A stretch of DNA of 64,000 nucleotides. It comes from a virus. The stretch lies in the IMG/VR virus record IMGVR_UViG_3300020477_001849, positions 11,651-75,650 of that record; one strand, 5' to 3'. The notes beneath the pieces were generated by a model, which ran no database searches, was not told the origin of the DNA, and saw only the letters and a program-made list of their open reading frames with translations. Every line of letters begins with the position of its first letter. The first letter of the stretch is position 1. The translations under genes were made by a program, and so were the position numbers. Positions 11,069-21,014 of this stretch are shown here, one piece after another.

Positions 11069-11796
11069 AGCAATTCCTCCAATATCGTCTTTTGTTTAAC
11101 TATATCTTTATAATGTTTTCTAATAGATGACATTGCAACAGACAGCTGTTTAGGATTGAGCCCTGATATATCTCTGACATATACAAAAATCGCCCTTTTG
11201 TTTAAAAAATCTAATTCATCTATATTCTTAAACACCGTAGTTATGGCCTCGATACATGCTATTTCTTTTTGGCCTTTCACCCTACTTCTAATTTTTACTA
11301 AAATTTCCAGTATCTCATTTCTGAGATTTCTCTTAATTAATATCTCGTCAGGAGCAGGGACAACATCATAGTTTGCTAGAAAACTTTTGTCAACCGCATT
11401 CATTGAACTATAGTCACTCAAGCTGACATGTCTCATTGCCCGCTTCTTTAGCTTTCTAGAATTCATTATAAGCCAATTTTTTGCAACAACATTAAAGTAA
11501 GAAAAAGCCTTAGTTCCTCGAGACCCATCCCATTTATGAATAGTCTCATATAAAAAACTAACACAATCATTCTTTAAGCTAATATAAGGCTGCTGGGGAT
11601 TTACAAAGCCGTAAACGAAGATTAAGTTCTCTGCCAGTTTATCGAATGCCGGCAATATTTCTTCTACGTATATTTTTTCTTTGTCGTCCATAGAATCAGT
11701 ATCTTGATATTTTTGAATACTGGCCTGAGTATCTTTACTGAAGTATGGCTCTTGACCGGAGCGGCGGCGCCTCCTTGTTTTTTTCTTTCCTTGCAT
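11065..11796 (-). CDS. Phage RNA polymerase sigma factor (T4 gp55-like late sigma)
   Basis: Region-2-like FLYETIHKWDGSRGTKAFSYFNVVAKNWLI (compare the gp55-family FAYFT motif), basic N-terminus with YF motif, adjacent to structural genes. Confidence 0.72.
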   Translation of the reverse strand: MQGKKKTRRRRRSGQEPYFSKDTQASIQKYQDTDSMDDKEKIYVEEILPAFDKLAENLIFVYGFVNPQQPYISLKNDCVSFLYETIHKWDGSRGTKAFSYFNVVAKNWLIMNSRKLKKRAMRHVSLSDYSSMNAVDKSFLANYDVVPAPDEILIKRNLRNEILEILVKIRSRVKGQKEIACIEAITTVFKNIDELDFLNKRAIFVYVRDISGLNPKQLSVAMSSIRKHYKDIVKQKTILEELL

Positions 11797-11818
11797 GGTC
11801 GGGAATCTCCATTTTAAA

Positions 11819-12118
11819 TTATTCCTCAGTAGGTGGCGGCGCCTCGTCTACACGGGTTATTGAATTTGCAACGTATAAAATTGCATCTCTACTTTTCTCT
11901 ATATCAGTTAAAACTCTACGTATTTCTGGACTATCGTAAAAAAGAGGTGTTTGTAGCACATTGTACATGCTGCTATATCTCTCATCCAAAATATCAAGTG
12001 AGCTCTCTATTGCATCTTGAAACTTTAGAATCGTTAACCCAAATCTTATTGCGTAAAATGTAGAGATTATAGATAATAAAGATAAAAAAGCGACTATGAG
12101 GACAATAGGCCAGCTCAT
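11819..12118 (-). CDS. Small membrane-anchored protein (N-terminal TM helix plus coiled coil)
   Basis: Hydrophobic N-terminus IVLIVAFLSLLSIISTFYAI followed by an amphipathic helix. Confidence 0.55.
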   Translation of the reverse strand: MSWPIVLIVAFLSLLSIISTFYAIRFGLTILKFQDAIESSLDILDERYSSMYNVLQTPLFYDSPEIRRVLTDIEKSRDAILYVANSITRVDEAPPPTEE

Positions 12119-13278
12119 ACAAAATACTTCCCTATTGCACTATCGTATAGAGAATTTATGCTGCCTTGATTGAACGTAGTTAGTAACTTTTCCCTAAGCT
12201 CTTTTGCCCACTGTTTAGGAATTACGTTGGACTTTCTAAATTTCCGAAGCCTGGCACGTGCATGCTCACTAGAAGCCTCAGCCCACCTTGCATTTTGCAT
12301 AAAAATTTGATTATCAACCCTCGTCTCATGAATAGGTGACAATTGATAATCTACGCTGACATATTTTCCGAGGCGTAAAAAATCGACATGTCCGGACCAT
12401 GCTGTTGCAATAACAGGTAGCCCGCTAGCTGCCGCCTCTAATATTGGAAGGCCAAAACCCTCGCCTCGTGTTAATGATACCAGTGCAGAAATTTGAGGAT
12501 GCCTGTATAGAGAAGCTACCTCCTTAGTCGACATTGCACCGTGGATCATATGAACCTTAGGATAAGGACCCTCTCTAATCTCGCTAACAAGCTGCTGTAC
12601 AATGCCGCTAGTTATTTTTCTATCAATTTTTGTATTTTTTCCTGAGTTTGTTTTTAGCACTATTCCGACATCAGGATCATCTTTAAATTCATCACAAATC
12701 CACTTTATAGTATTGAATAAATTTTTCCTATCATTATAGGGATTATTTCCTGTTAATTGACCAAAAACAAGAAAATTGAAGTCCGTCTCAAACTTAATGT
12801 CGATAGGGTCTAAATCTTCTTTCTCAATATCCTCATAGAAGGACTCGGGGACAACATGCACAGGCACATTACACTTTCCGGAATTCTCTATAACTCGCCT
12901 GACATGCTGAGATGGTACGACAATACAGTCCATCTTGTTACATGCATTTATCCACTCAGGATTACATACATCTGTTTCCACAAATGCAGATACACCTATG
13001 TTGATATTTGCCAAATTAGGATCCCACTCATTTGGCAGCTGTACCTGTATCGAAATGTCACATTTTGCTGGAGGATTATTGGATCTAGCCATTATTTCTC
13101 CAGCAAGGCCTGACTCTATATCCGGATTAACCATCCATGGTGTGATCCCCCAGGGTACACAACTCGTAAAAATATTGGACTCAGGATATCTATTCAGTAG
13201 CCACTTAAATATCTGCCTCGAGTGTGTACCATACCCAGAATACGTTAACAATGGTGCCCTAATTATAATATTTTTCAT
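12115..13278 (-). CDS. Glycosyltransferase, GT4-like (GT-B)
   Basis: SGYG near the N-terminus, RKN, and TRGEGFGLPILEAAASGLPVIAT. Confidence 0.9.
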   Translation of the reverse strand: MKNIIIRAPLLTYSGYGTHSRQIFKWLLNRYPESNIFTSCVPWGITPWMVNPDIESGLAGEIMARSNNPPAKCDISIQVQLPNEWDPNLANINIGVSAFVETDVCNPEWINACNKMDCIVVPSQHVRRVIENSGKCNVPVHVVPESFYEDIEKEDLDPIDIKFETDFNFLVFGQLTGNNPYNDRKNLFNTIKWICDEFKDDPDVGIVLKTNSGKNTKIDRKITSGIVQQLVSEIREGPYPKVHMIHGAMSTKEVASLYRHPQISALVSLTRGEGFGLPILEAAASGLPVIATAWSGHVDFLRLGKYVSVDYQLSPIHETRVDNQIFMQNARWAEASSEHARARLRKFRKSNVIPKQWAKELREKLLTTFNQGSINSLYDSAIGKYFV

Positions 13279-13280
13279 GC

Positions 13281-14534
13281 TTAAAATGTCCTACACACCC
13301 AGCTATTATGATTATCTTTCCAGTTATCAATAGTATGCATCAGCGTATCATGCCATTTATCGATTGTATCCTGGTGTAAAAATTCAGATAAGACATACTT
13401 CCTAGCCTTTTCTCCCAGCTTTTTTCTACCCTCAGGACCCTCTTCAAACATTTTCATTAATGCCGCAGCAATTGTCTCTGCCGACGTGTAGTCCTCAAAA
13501 ATATAGGGTACCGATTGTGAACCCACAAGCGATTTGAGCTCGATCGGTAATGCAACACCGTTCTCAGTTCCATCCCTGTGGTCTACAACCTGCCTGGTCA
13601 AGCCTCCTGTTGTAGTGGCTATAATCGGGGTACCTGTCTGCATTGCCTCCAGTGTCGACAAACCAAAACCCTCAGCATAGCTCACCTGTATACATGCGTC
13701 AGAAATATTGTGTAAGACATTCATATGATTAAAATCAACTCTTTCAGTTGAAAAGACAACGCTTTGTTTTACATCGAATAGCTCAACGACGCTGAATAGG
13801 TTTGGGCCTTCGTGATCCCCGGGGTCAGTATGCATAAGCAAAGTGACTTTATCATGCCCATATTTTTCCTTGACTTCCTTGACAAACATAGACCACGCCC
13901 ACACAAGGTCTGCGGGTCGCTTCCTGCGTGCATTTCTGTTTATCCATAAAACCACGAAATGATCTTCTCTCTCTTTTCCCAATAGAGAAACCCTACACGT
14001 ATCTATGTCTTTCTTACTCATAGGAAAGAAGATGCCTTCGGGAAGCGAGTGAGGAATAAAATTTGTCTTTTCCGGAAAATTTTCACTAACAACTTCATAT
14101 GTTAAGTGAGAATGACAATTGATTAGATCTGTTGATTCATAAAGAACATCATTAAACCTGGGTGTCGGCCGATTATCCCATACATGCCACCACACTATAG
14201 GGCACACTTGATGAATTTCATCTTCCATCTCAAACAACCACGTAAAAAATCGGGGATCTGTGAATAGAAAAACTGCATCAGGTTTCTCTGTTGCTAGTGT
14301 GACCCTTAGCATCTCAGGTGTGCCGAAACCATCAACAGGCTTAATAATAAAGTCGTCATTAACAACTACTGTCTCATAGTCCCCATGTTTAATCGCTGCG
14401 CCGAACTGACGAAAAGACCAACAGCCTTTCTTGATCAAGCCCTCGATTAAATGGCGACTTTGCACACCGACGCCTGACGTACATAAAGCATGATCAGATA
14501 ACATTAATACTTTTTTCTTATTTGCCATATGCAA
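13281..14534 (-). CDS. Glycosyltransferase, GT4-like (GT-B)
   Basis: NRNARRK and SYAEGFGLSTLEAMQTGTPII. Confidence 0.9.
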   Translation of the reverse strand: MHMANKKKVLMLSDHALCTSGVGVQSRHLIEGLIKKGCWSFRQFGAAIKHGDYETVVVNDDFIIKPVDGFGTPEMLRVTLATEKPDAVFLFTDPRFFTWLFEMEDEIHQVCPIVWWHVWDNRPTPRFNDVLYESTDLINCHSHLTYEVVSENFPEKTNFIPHSLPEGIFFPMSKKDIDTCRVSLLGKEREDHFVVLWINRNARRKRPADLVWAWSMFVKEVKEKYGHDKVTLLMHTDPGDHEGPNLFSVVELFDVKQSVVFSTERVDFNHMNVLHNISDACIQVSYAEGFGLSTLEAMQTGTPIIATTTGGLTRQVVDHRDGTENGVALPIELKSLVGSQSVPYIFEDYTSAETIAAALMKMFEEGPEGRKKLGEKARKYVLSEFLHQDTIDKWHDTLMHTIDNWKDNHNSWVCRTF

Positions 14535-14564
14535 AACCTATCCCTTATTGAGAAACAGTTAATA

Positions 14565-15434
14565 TCAATCTTTTTCTATCACTGCCCTACCATTCATAAG
14601 CTCCCAATCCCTATATTCTCTCACCTCATCATTTTTTTCTTTTACTGCGTTGAGAACGCTGGGGGAAATATCAAAATTACTCATTACATTAATCATTGCA
14701 GACAAATCCTTCGGAAAACAGTGGCCGCCATAGCCAAAATGCCCATCAGGACCAGGAACAGAAAAGTGTGACTTGCCTAATCTATCATCATACAATGCAT
14801 ATTCTGCAACTTTATCATAATCAACCCCTAGCTTTTCACAGACCTGGTATATTTCATTTGCAAATGAAACCTTTGTGGATAGAAAACAATTTATAAAATA
14901 CTTCACCATCTCAGCATGGGTTGAGCTGGTCTTAATAATTGGTATTGTAGGAAACGCTTTTCGAAACATCGTCTTCACCATCGATGATGAAGGGCGCGGC
15001 CCTCCGACGATAATCCTTGACTGATTTTTAAAATCATCAAATGAATTTGCCTCTGTTAAAAACTCGGGGCTAAAAACTATCGATACACTTGAATACTTCT
15101 CATCCAGATAAGCAGTTGTCCCCGGAGGAACTGTCGATTTTATGATCAGTATCTTGTTATCTAGATTATTGGCTGAACATAATTCATTTATATCGCTTAT
15201 TGCCTTCTCAACAATACCGGTATGACAGCTGCCATCTTTATGCATCGGCGTTGGCAGGCATACAAAGACAAAATCAGACTTTGAAACAAGGTGATATAAA
15301 GACTCGCAGTTTCTTAGTTCAGGCTTAATATCATATGTTAATACGCTATAAAAATCTTTTAGGCCTTCGCGGATTGCGGACCCCACGAAGCCCTGGCCGA
15401 CTATTCCTACTTGGTATTCTTGATTATTTTTCAC
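14565..15434 (-). CDS. ugd: UDP-glucose/GDP-mannose 6-dehydrogenase family, short form lacking the C-terminal domain
   Basis: GIVGQGFVG, VCLPTP, IKSTVPPGT, SPEFL, EMVKY and catalytic GYGGHCFPKD. Confidence 0.88.
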   Translation of the reverse strand: MKNNQEYQVGIVGQGFVGSAIREGLKDFYSVLTYDIKPELRNCESLYHLVSKSDFVFVCLPTPMHKDGSCHTGIVEKAISDINELCSANNLDNKILIIKSTVPPGTTAYLDEKYSSVSIVFSPEFLTEANSFDDFKNQSRIIVGGPRPSSSMVKTMFRKAFPTIPIIKTSSTHAEMVKYFINCFLSTKVSFANEIYQVCEKLGVDYDKVAEYALYDDRLGKSHFSVPGPDGHFGYGGHCFPKDLSAMINVMSNFDISPSVLNAVKEKNDEVREYRDWELMNGRAVIEKD

Positions 15435-15444
15435 TTATTTCTCC

Positions 15445-16269
15445 TTAGGTACAATGCTCAGTTTGATGATAATCACAATATGTGCATGAATTTCTATTTT
15501 TTACATAAAATCCCTTTCTAACAGCCGATATCATGCTATCGACCATTTTTCTGGATTTTGCTATTGTCTTTGGCCCGGCTGAGATGGGGAAAAACTCGCA
15601 TGTGTTCCCCGGCTTTCCTCCTCTCTTTAAAAGAATAAACCCACACCCTACATCCTTGAGGGGTATGCCATTCTTTCTAGACCAAAAATCTTTATACAAA
15701 ATAATTTGAGCCTGTGTCAAAAAATCCTGCTTTTTTCTTCTATCCCACCCATAAGACTTTGCAGTCTTCCAGTCTAGGATCCAATATTTGTACGTTCCAT
15801 TTTTCCTAGGAACCTTTATGATTGCGTCGATAAATCCCTTGAAGTTTAAATCCTTCGCCTCTATAAACTCGTATAGCTCTTCTTCAGCACGAACAGGTTC
15901 CCATCCAGGAAAGGTCTTATCTAAAAATTGCGGAACATCATCCCACATGTTAGATGCCCATTGGCACCACTCACCTACTGGGTGGTACTTATACCACCCT
16001 GGCTGAACCTTGACCCAATCAGGATTATCAAATCCATTTTTCTCCCAAGCGTCCTTAATATTTTGTAACAGTTTATCCTTGGGAATATCTCCTGTATTAA
16101 GAAAACTCTCGCAGCCCTCATGAACATTAGTACCAAAATCTAGGTACGGTGAGGGCTCGAACTTATCAATCTTATCAATATGCTGTAGCTTATGACGGTA
16201 AGGGCACTCTTTCCAACACCTCACCTCTGAGTATGACACATGTTTCTTTCCTGTCGGGAAATCACTCAT
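15445..16269 (-). CDS. PD-(D/E)XK exonuclease, Cas4/AddB-like with Fe-S cysteines
   Basis: SYS...ECP, GTNVHE, GFIDAI, ILDWKT, Q...Y and C-terminal CTYCDY...C. Confidence 0.85.
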   Translation of the reverse strand: MSDFPTGKKHVSYSEVRCWKECPYRHKLQHIDKIDKFEPSPYLDFGTNVHEGCESFLNTGDIPKDKLLQNIKDAWEKNGFDNPDWVKVQPGWYKYHPVGEWCQWASNMWDDVPQFLDKTFPGWEPVRAEEELYEFIEAKDLNFKGFIDAIIKVPRKNGTYKYWILDWKTAKSYGWDRRKKQDFLTQAQIILYKDFWSRKNGIPLKDVGCGFILLKRGGKPGNTCEFFPISAGPKTIAKSRKMVDSMISAVRKGFYVKNRNSCTYCDYHQTEHCT

Positions 16270-17119
16270 TATTGTCTCCTAATATGCTAACTGCACCTTC
16301 TATACTAGTCCAGTCATGATTTTTTCTAACTTCTAGATTCTTATCCCATGCAGCCTTAAGAATCTTTGGGTCTACACCGACATCTTTACATTTATGAATA
16401 ATGGCATTAATGTCTTTTGGAAAACATTTTCCACCAAACCCTAGGTCACCATCATGTCCAGGTACATCTAAGTGTGAATTACCAACCCTACCATCTAAGA
16501 CTAGCCCATTAACTACATCATCCCAATCTGCATTTACGGCATCAGATAATTGCCTTATCTCATTCATGAATGAAACCTTCACAGCAAAAAAGCAGTTTGC
16601 AATATATTTGATTAATTGTGCAGATGCAAAATCTGTCTTTAAGATAGGCGTTGCTGAAAATCTACTTCTGTATAGAATTTCCACCCTACTGTTATTCACG
16701 TTATCTCCGCCTAGCACTATTCTAGACGAATTGATAAAATCTAGGCGCGCCCGACGCTCAGTTAGAAATTCAGGGTTAAAAACAAGATTCAGGCCTGGAA
16801 ATTGTTCTGCATATCTTTCCATTGTGCCTGGAACAACTGTCGACTTAACTATTATTACATTATCACGTGTATTAATATTCGAGATATCTAACATGAGATT
16901 ATCTAGAATACTAGTGTCAATCTCCCCTCCCAGGACATCTTTCATAGGTGTGGGTACACTTAAGAATACAAAGTCTGAATTTAGTAGGACATCCTCTAAG
17001 CTATGCGTAGACTTTGTGGGGTCAATGTCATGGATGAAAATATCATCAACATGTAACACAAAGCCCGCTGCTATAGCGGACCCCACAAACCCATTCCCTA
17101 TAATTCCTATCTTTTTCAT
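16262..17119 (-). CDS. ugd: Second short UDP-glucose/GDP-mannose 6-dehydrogenase paralog
   Basis: GIIGNGFVG, SVPTP, VKSTVVPGT, NPEFL, GFGGKCFPKD. Confidence 0.88.
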   Translation of the reverse strand: MKKIGIIGNGFVGSAIAAGFVLHVDDIFIHDIDPTKSTHSLEDVLLNSDFVFLSVPTPMKDVLGGEIDTSILDNLMLDISNINTRDNVIIVKSTVVPGTMERYAEQFPGLNLVFNPEFLTERRARLDFINSSRIVLGGDNVNNSRVEILYRSRFSATPILKTDFASAQLIKYIANCFFAVKVSFMNEIRQLSDAVNADWDDVVNGLVLDGRVGNSHLDVPGHDGDLGFGGKCFPKDINAIIHKCKDVGVDPKILKAAWDKNLEVRKNHDWTSIEGAVSILGDNNE

Positions 17120-17755
17120 TTAGCCTATCCCTTTCCACGTTGCACCCCCAGGCGTCCAGTGATGATTACACTCCATGGCAGGCTCATAAAGATACGTCAT
17201 CCCAGAAGACACTGCGTCGGCAGCCCAGTACCGATCTTCTTTTGACACTACACCTTCATTAAACGGTAGCTCAATAAGTGCCTTCTTATCATAAAAACAA
17301 AATGCATTATGTAAGAAATTTCTGCTCTCTAATTCAGACCACATGTTCTCAACTTTTTCATCAACAAAGTGTGACCAAATATACCGCTTATTAATTTTCT
17401 TTCCGCGGTATACAGGGGTCTGCTTTCCAAAGACTGCGGAATATGACTTTAATGCATCATTAATCTCTGACATATCAGGCATCTTCATTATCTGGCTGTG
17501 CGCTGACAATATTAGGACTACATTATATGATGCTTTTGATATGCCAAAATTTAATGCCTTACCTGGCGTATATTGATCTATAGCATGTACTTTGATATTT
17601 GAAAAACAGAACTCGTTAACAACACTTAAAGAATCATCAGAAGACTCATTATCAATAATGATAATCTCGGGGTCACTAAAAAAATCTAAACATGACTGTA
17701 TTGCATGCCCAATCCATCTAGCTTCATTCTTATTTCTAATAATGACACTAATCAT
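17120..17755 (-). CDS. Glycosyltransferase family 2 (GT-A)
   Basis: ISVIIRNKNE, IIDNESSD, ALNFG, ED motif. LSAH replaces DxD. Confidence 0.85.
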   Translation of the reverse strand: MISVIIRNKNEARWIGHAIQSCLDFFSDPEIIIIDNESSDDSLSVVNEFCFSNIKVHAIDQYTPGKALNFGISKASYNVVLILSAHSQIMKMPDMSEINDALKSYSAVFGKQTPVYRGKKINKRYIWSHFVDEKVENMWSELESRNFLHNAFCFYDKKALIELPFNEGVVSKEDRYWAADAVSSGMTYLYEPAMECNHHWTPGGATWKGIG

Positions 17756-18552
17756 TTATTAAATCTTCCAGTATAAAATTCTCTAGAGCTTCTCTCTTGC
17801 TCTAAGAAATCCAAGCCATGCCATATGTGCATTTGTTCATGCATATGAATATAGTCACATAAATTCTTCAACTCGTGAGGTAAAATAGCAAATTTATTAT
17901 CTCTACCTGGTAGGTTGTGATCAATGGTAAAATGTTTTTCTATAGCACAGACATCATATTTCATGGCAACCTTTGCTGACTCTACCCCGAAGATATGGTC
18001 ACTGTACCCTATATTTTTAGTAATAGTCTTTAGGTTTTCTAGCTTTCGTATATTCGCAATGGCTGGATCGCAAGGGTATGACGAGACGCAATGCATTAAA
18101 ACTAGATTAACATCACATAAAAGCTTACAAGAACTAGAGATCTCATCCCATGTTGAAGTACCTGTAGACATAAAAATTTTGTCGAAACTCTTATTGCAAT
18201 AAGACAAGAGTGCGCTATTTCTGCATTCAAAGCTAGGGATCTTAACCTCTTTAATGCCCAAAGAAACCAACAGCTTTGCATCGTCGATGCTAAAAACCGA
18301 TGACAGAAACTTTATGTTATGCTTTTTGCATATCCCTATTAGGTGCCTATGATCGTCTACCGTAAGTTCAGCATTCTCGTATATTTGTCGTCGGCCGTCG
18401 GCGTCCCAATCACCAGCCTTAAGCCTATCAACGGACCATGTTTGAAATTTTGCATATGCAGCCCCACTCTCCGAAGCCGCCTTAATCATTTTCTCAGCTA
18501 AAGCCATATCACCCATGTGATTCCAGCCAATTTCTGCAATTACTTCAATCAT
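17752..18552 (-). CDS. neuB: N-acetylneuraminate synthase (NeuB/SpsE) family, lacking the C-terminal SAF domain
   Basis: IAEIGWNHMG, KFQ, KIPS, STG, HCVSSYP, GYSDH, IEKHFT. Only 266 aa. Confidence 0.88.
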   Translation of the reverse strand: MIEVIAEIGWNHMGDMALAEKMIKAASESGAAYAKFQTWSVDRLKAGDWDADGRRQIYENAELTVDDHRHLIGICKKHNIKFLSSVFSIDDAKLLVSLGIKEVKIPSFECRNSALLSYCNKSFDKIFMSTGTSTWDEISSSCKLLCDVNLVLMHCVSSYPCDPAIANIRKLENLKTITKNIGYSDHIFGVESAKVAMKYDVCAIEKHFTIDHNLPGRDNKFAILPHELKNLCDYIHMHEQMHIWHGLDFLEQERSSREFYTGRFNK

Positions 18553-18585
18553 CTCAGAGACCTCTTGCCTAATGATTTATTAATT

Positions 18586-19536
18586 TTAAGCACTTTCAAG
18601 TATTTTTACAAGCTTTTGTGCTGCAAACTGGTAGGCTAGGTTTTGTGCATCTATTGTTGAGCCGCCTACATGGGGTGTCACCGTAACATATTCGTCAGGC
18701 ATTGACAGAAGCCTACTGGCTCTATTATCGTCAAATTCCCCCTCTATAACATCTGTTGCATAATGAGATACTAGTTTTTTCTCTATGGCTCTAAGGATAT
18801 CATCTTCACAAACTATTTCTCCCCTTGATGTGTTAACCACAACTAGGCCAGGGCGTGCAAGGCACAAAACATCATTATTTATCATATGCACCGTTTCTTT
18901 ATTAACATGTACGTGTATAGAAAGTGCATCTATTATTGGCATCATTTCATGGATGCTGTTAACGCGTGTATATCTTTTGTCATCAACGTGAGGATCAACA
19001 TAAAAAACCTCTGCACCGAAAGATGAGCAATATTCAGCCATCATAATGCCTAGCCTACCTAATCCTAAAATACCAACTGACATCTGATTTAACTGTCGTC
19101 CTAAAAATGGCCTCCAATCCCACCCTACATTCTTAGCATAAAAATTAGCTGGAACTGTCTTTCTAATACTAGACAATAATAACCCAAACGCATGCTCTGC
19201 AGTTGATGTAATCTCTTTAAGTAACTCATAATCTCTCGTTATAGAGATTACCTGTATGTTATTGTTATCACAGTACTCCATCTCAATATGATTTAGGCCA
19301 GTAGATGCAGTACAGATTGTGGAGACGTTTGACCCATGAAGGAGGTGTTTATTAAGCTTAAAGCCTTGCATATTGGGATTTGTGAAAATAACAGTAATAT
19401 TTTTAGTCCTTAAAACGTCATAAAGATCCTCACTTGAGATGAGAGGCATCTGGAATAAATTTCCAGCATTACCTAGGATATTTGAAACATTTTCTAGGTG
19501 GTCAATTGGTGTAATACATAAGATATTGTTGTTCAT
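18586..19536 (-). CDS. D-isomer-specific 2-hydroxyacid dehydrogenase
   Basis: STAEHA, GILGLGRLG, VNTSRGEIV, ATDV, TPHVGG. Confidence 0.88.
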   Translation of the reverse strand: MNNNILCITPIDHLENVSNILGNAGNLFQMPLISSEDLYDVLRTKNITVIFTNPNMQGFKLNKHLLHGSNVSTICTASTGLNHIEMEYCDNNNIQVISITRDYELLKEITSTAEHAFGLLLSSIRKTVPANFYAKNVGWDWRPFLGRQLNQMSVGILGLGRLGIMMAEYCSSFGAEVFYVDPHVDDKRYTRVNSIHEMMPIIDALSIHVHVNKETVHMINNDVLCLARPGLVVVNTSRGEIVCEDDILRAIEKKLVSHYATDVIEGEFDDNRASRLLSMPDEYVTVTPHVGGSTIDAQNLAYQFAAQKLVKILESA

Positions 19537-19540
19537 ATTC

Positions 19541-20227
19541 CTACCTTTTCTTTACCATAATTCTTGCTAGCTCTAAATCTATAGGTTCATCAATATTAAT
19601 CGTCCTTGACTCCGGCATTATGTAGGGCCTTGTGACATCCCCTAGTCTTGATCCATATTCCTTTATTGTTTTAACCCTAAATGCATATATCGACCCATTC
19701 CTAATGTATGCAGGTGGTGTAAGATCTTGTCTCCTAGACTCCGGCACTTCAGGGTAAACATCAACAAGCGTATCATTCTCTATAAACTTAATTCTGCTAG
19801 GATGATAATCCCACACCCTGCATACAGAAACTGCACTGTCACCCCCTAGGTCATCTAGCTTTTTTATCACACCGTCGATATCACATGCTAGCTTTAAGGG
19901 ATTTGTGCACATAACCTCGACTATATAATCATAATCGCCAGGAACAATAGACAATACATGAAGTATTGCATCTGACGATTTTGAGGTATCTTTTGCTAAG
20001 CCCGTGGGCCTTAAGACCGTTGAAATACCTAGCGACTTAACAAAAGATATAATTTCTTGATCATCACTTGACACTACATAATCATCGATAAACTCACTCT
20101 TCTTAACTTCATCAATTGTGTATTTCAGTAATGGTTGACCACATATGTCAACCATGTTCTTTTTGGGTACACGTTTTGAACCTCCCCTCGCAAGAGTAAT
20201 AGCCAAAACCCGCTTATCATTAATCAT
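19541..20227 (-). CDS. neuA: Acylneuraminate cytidylyltransferase (NeuA/KdsB family)
   Basis: LARGGSKRVPKKN, VSSDD, RRQDL, NGSIY, NIDEPID. Confidence 0.9.
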   Translation of the reverse strand: MINDKRVLAITLARGGSKRVPKKNMVDICGQPLLKYTIDEVKKSEFIDDYVVSSDDQEIISFVKSLGISTVLRPTGLAKDTSKSSDAILHVLSIVPGDYDYIVEVMCTNPLKLACDIDGVIKKLDDLGGDSAVSVCRVWDYHPSRIKFIENDTLVDVYPEVPESRRQDLTPPAYIRNGSIYAFRVKTIKEYGSRLGDVTRPYIMPESRTINIDEPIDLELARIMVKKR

Positions 20228-20285
20228 ATTATCACCAACTACCCAAAATAAAGTTTAACACCATATTATAAAAAGAACAAGGGCA

Positions 20286-21014
20286 TCATATGTAGATTTT
20301 TTTAACGAGATAACACCCGCTAGCTATTGAGTCTTGTACCTGAATATCAGATAAGCATGCATCATTAACGATCATCACTGATCCGGGCTCTTGCTTAAAT
20401 CGTATAACTGGAGAAGAAAAAGATATTTCAGCATTGACATCTAATGATCTGCATATGCATGGGTTTAATTCACAGCTACATAACCTATGAGATCCTAGGA
20501 CATATGAGTATAGGTCAAGATTATTGACATCAGGCTCTATAAAAAGTATGACCGTGTAACTATTTTTCGAGCCAAAGCTTGAGGTCCTATGAATTTTTTT
20601 GGCAACAATATCTCGACCTGGAGGCAAAAGAAAACTATACTCCCTCTTTATCATCCCACAAAAAATAGTATTTGAAATTGCATCAACTGCTGCATGCAAG
20701 GCACTGATTAATTCGCCTGTGAGATTTTGGGAGTTCCATATCCTTTGTACCTTACCCCCATCTATCTCTAGCATTACCTCAGGTATAAGAGGGGTACCAT
20801 TATTTTCATCAAATAATAAGTATGAGTCTACAGAGTTATTTTTGAATGACCTAATTTTGCCTGTGTGCATTACAGGACTAGTTATCTTAGAGATATCATT
20901 CAAGACATTGGAGAAAATAGAGTGATCGACAAACACGTTTGACAAATATGCAACACCATCCTCTAACAGTATTGATATTGCATCTTCAAATAATTCTTGT
21001 ATTACTGGATTCAC
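20286..21014 (-). CDS. Degenerate PhyH-like (2OG-Fe(II) dioxygenase fold) protein
   Basis: EDGVAYL, YVLGSHR and PGSVMIVN are PhyH-like, but the HxD...H triad looks incomplete. Confidence 0.4.
   Translation of the reverse strand: MNPVIQELFEDAISILLEDGVAYLSNVFVDHSIFSNVLNDISKITSPVMHTGKIRSFKNNSVDSYLLFDENNGTPLIPEVMLEIDGGKVQRIWNSQNLTGELISALHAAVDAISNTIFCGMIKREYSFLLPPGRDIVAKKIHRTSSFGSKNSYTVILFIEPDVNNLDLYSYVLGSHRLCSCELNPCICRSLDVNAEISFSSPVIRFKQEPGSVMIVNDACLSDIQVQDSIASGCYLVKKIYI

Noticed and set aside
15445-16269. Cas4-like gene as evidence of CRISPR-Cas
   Set aside because: No repeat-spacer array or other cas genes in the window. Solo Cas4-like exonucleases are common in phages.
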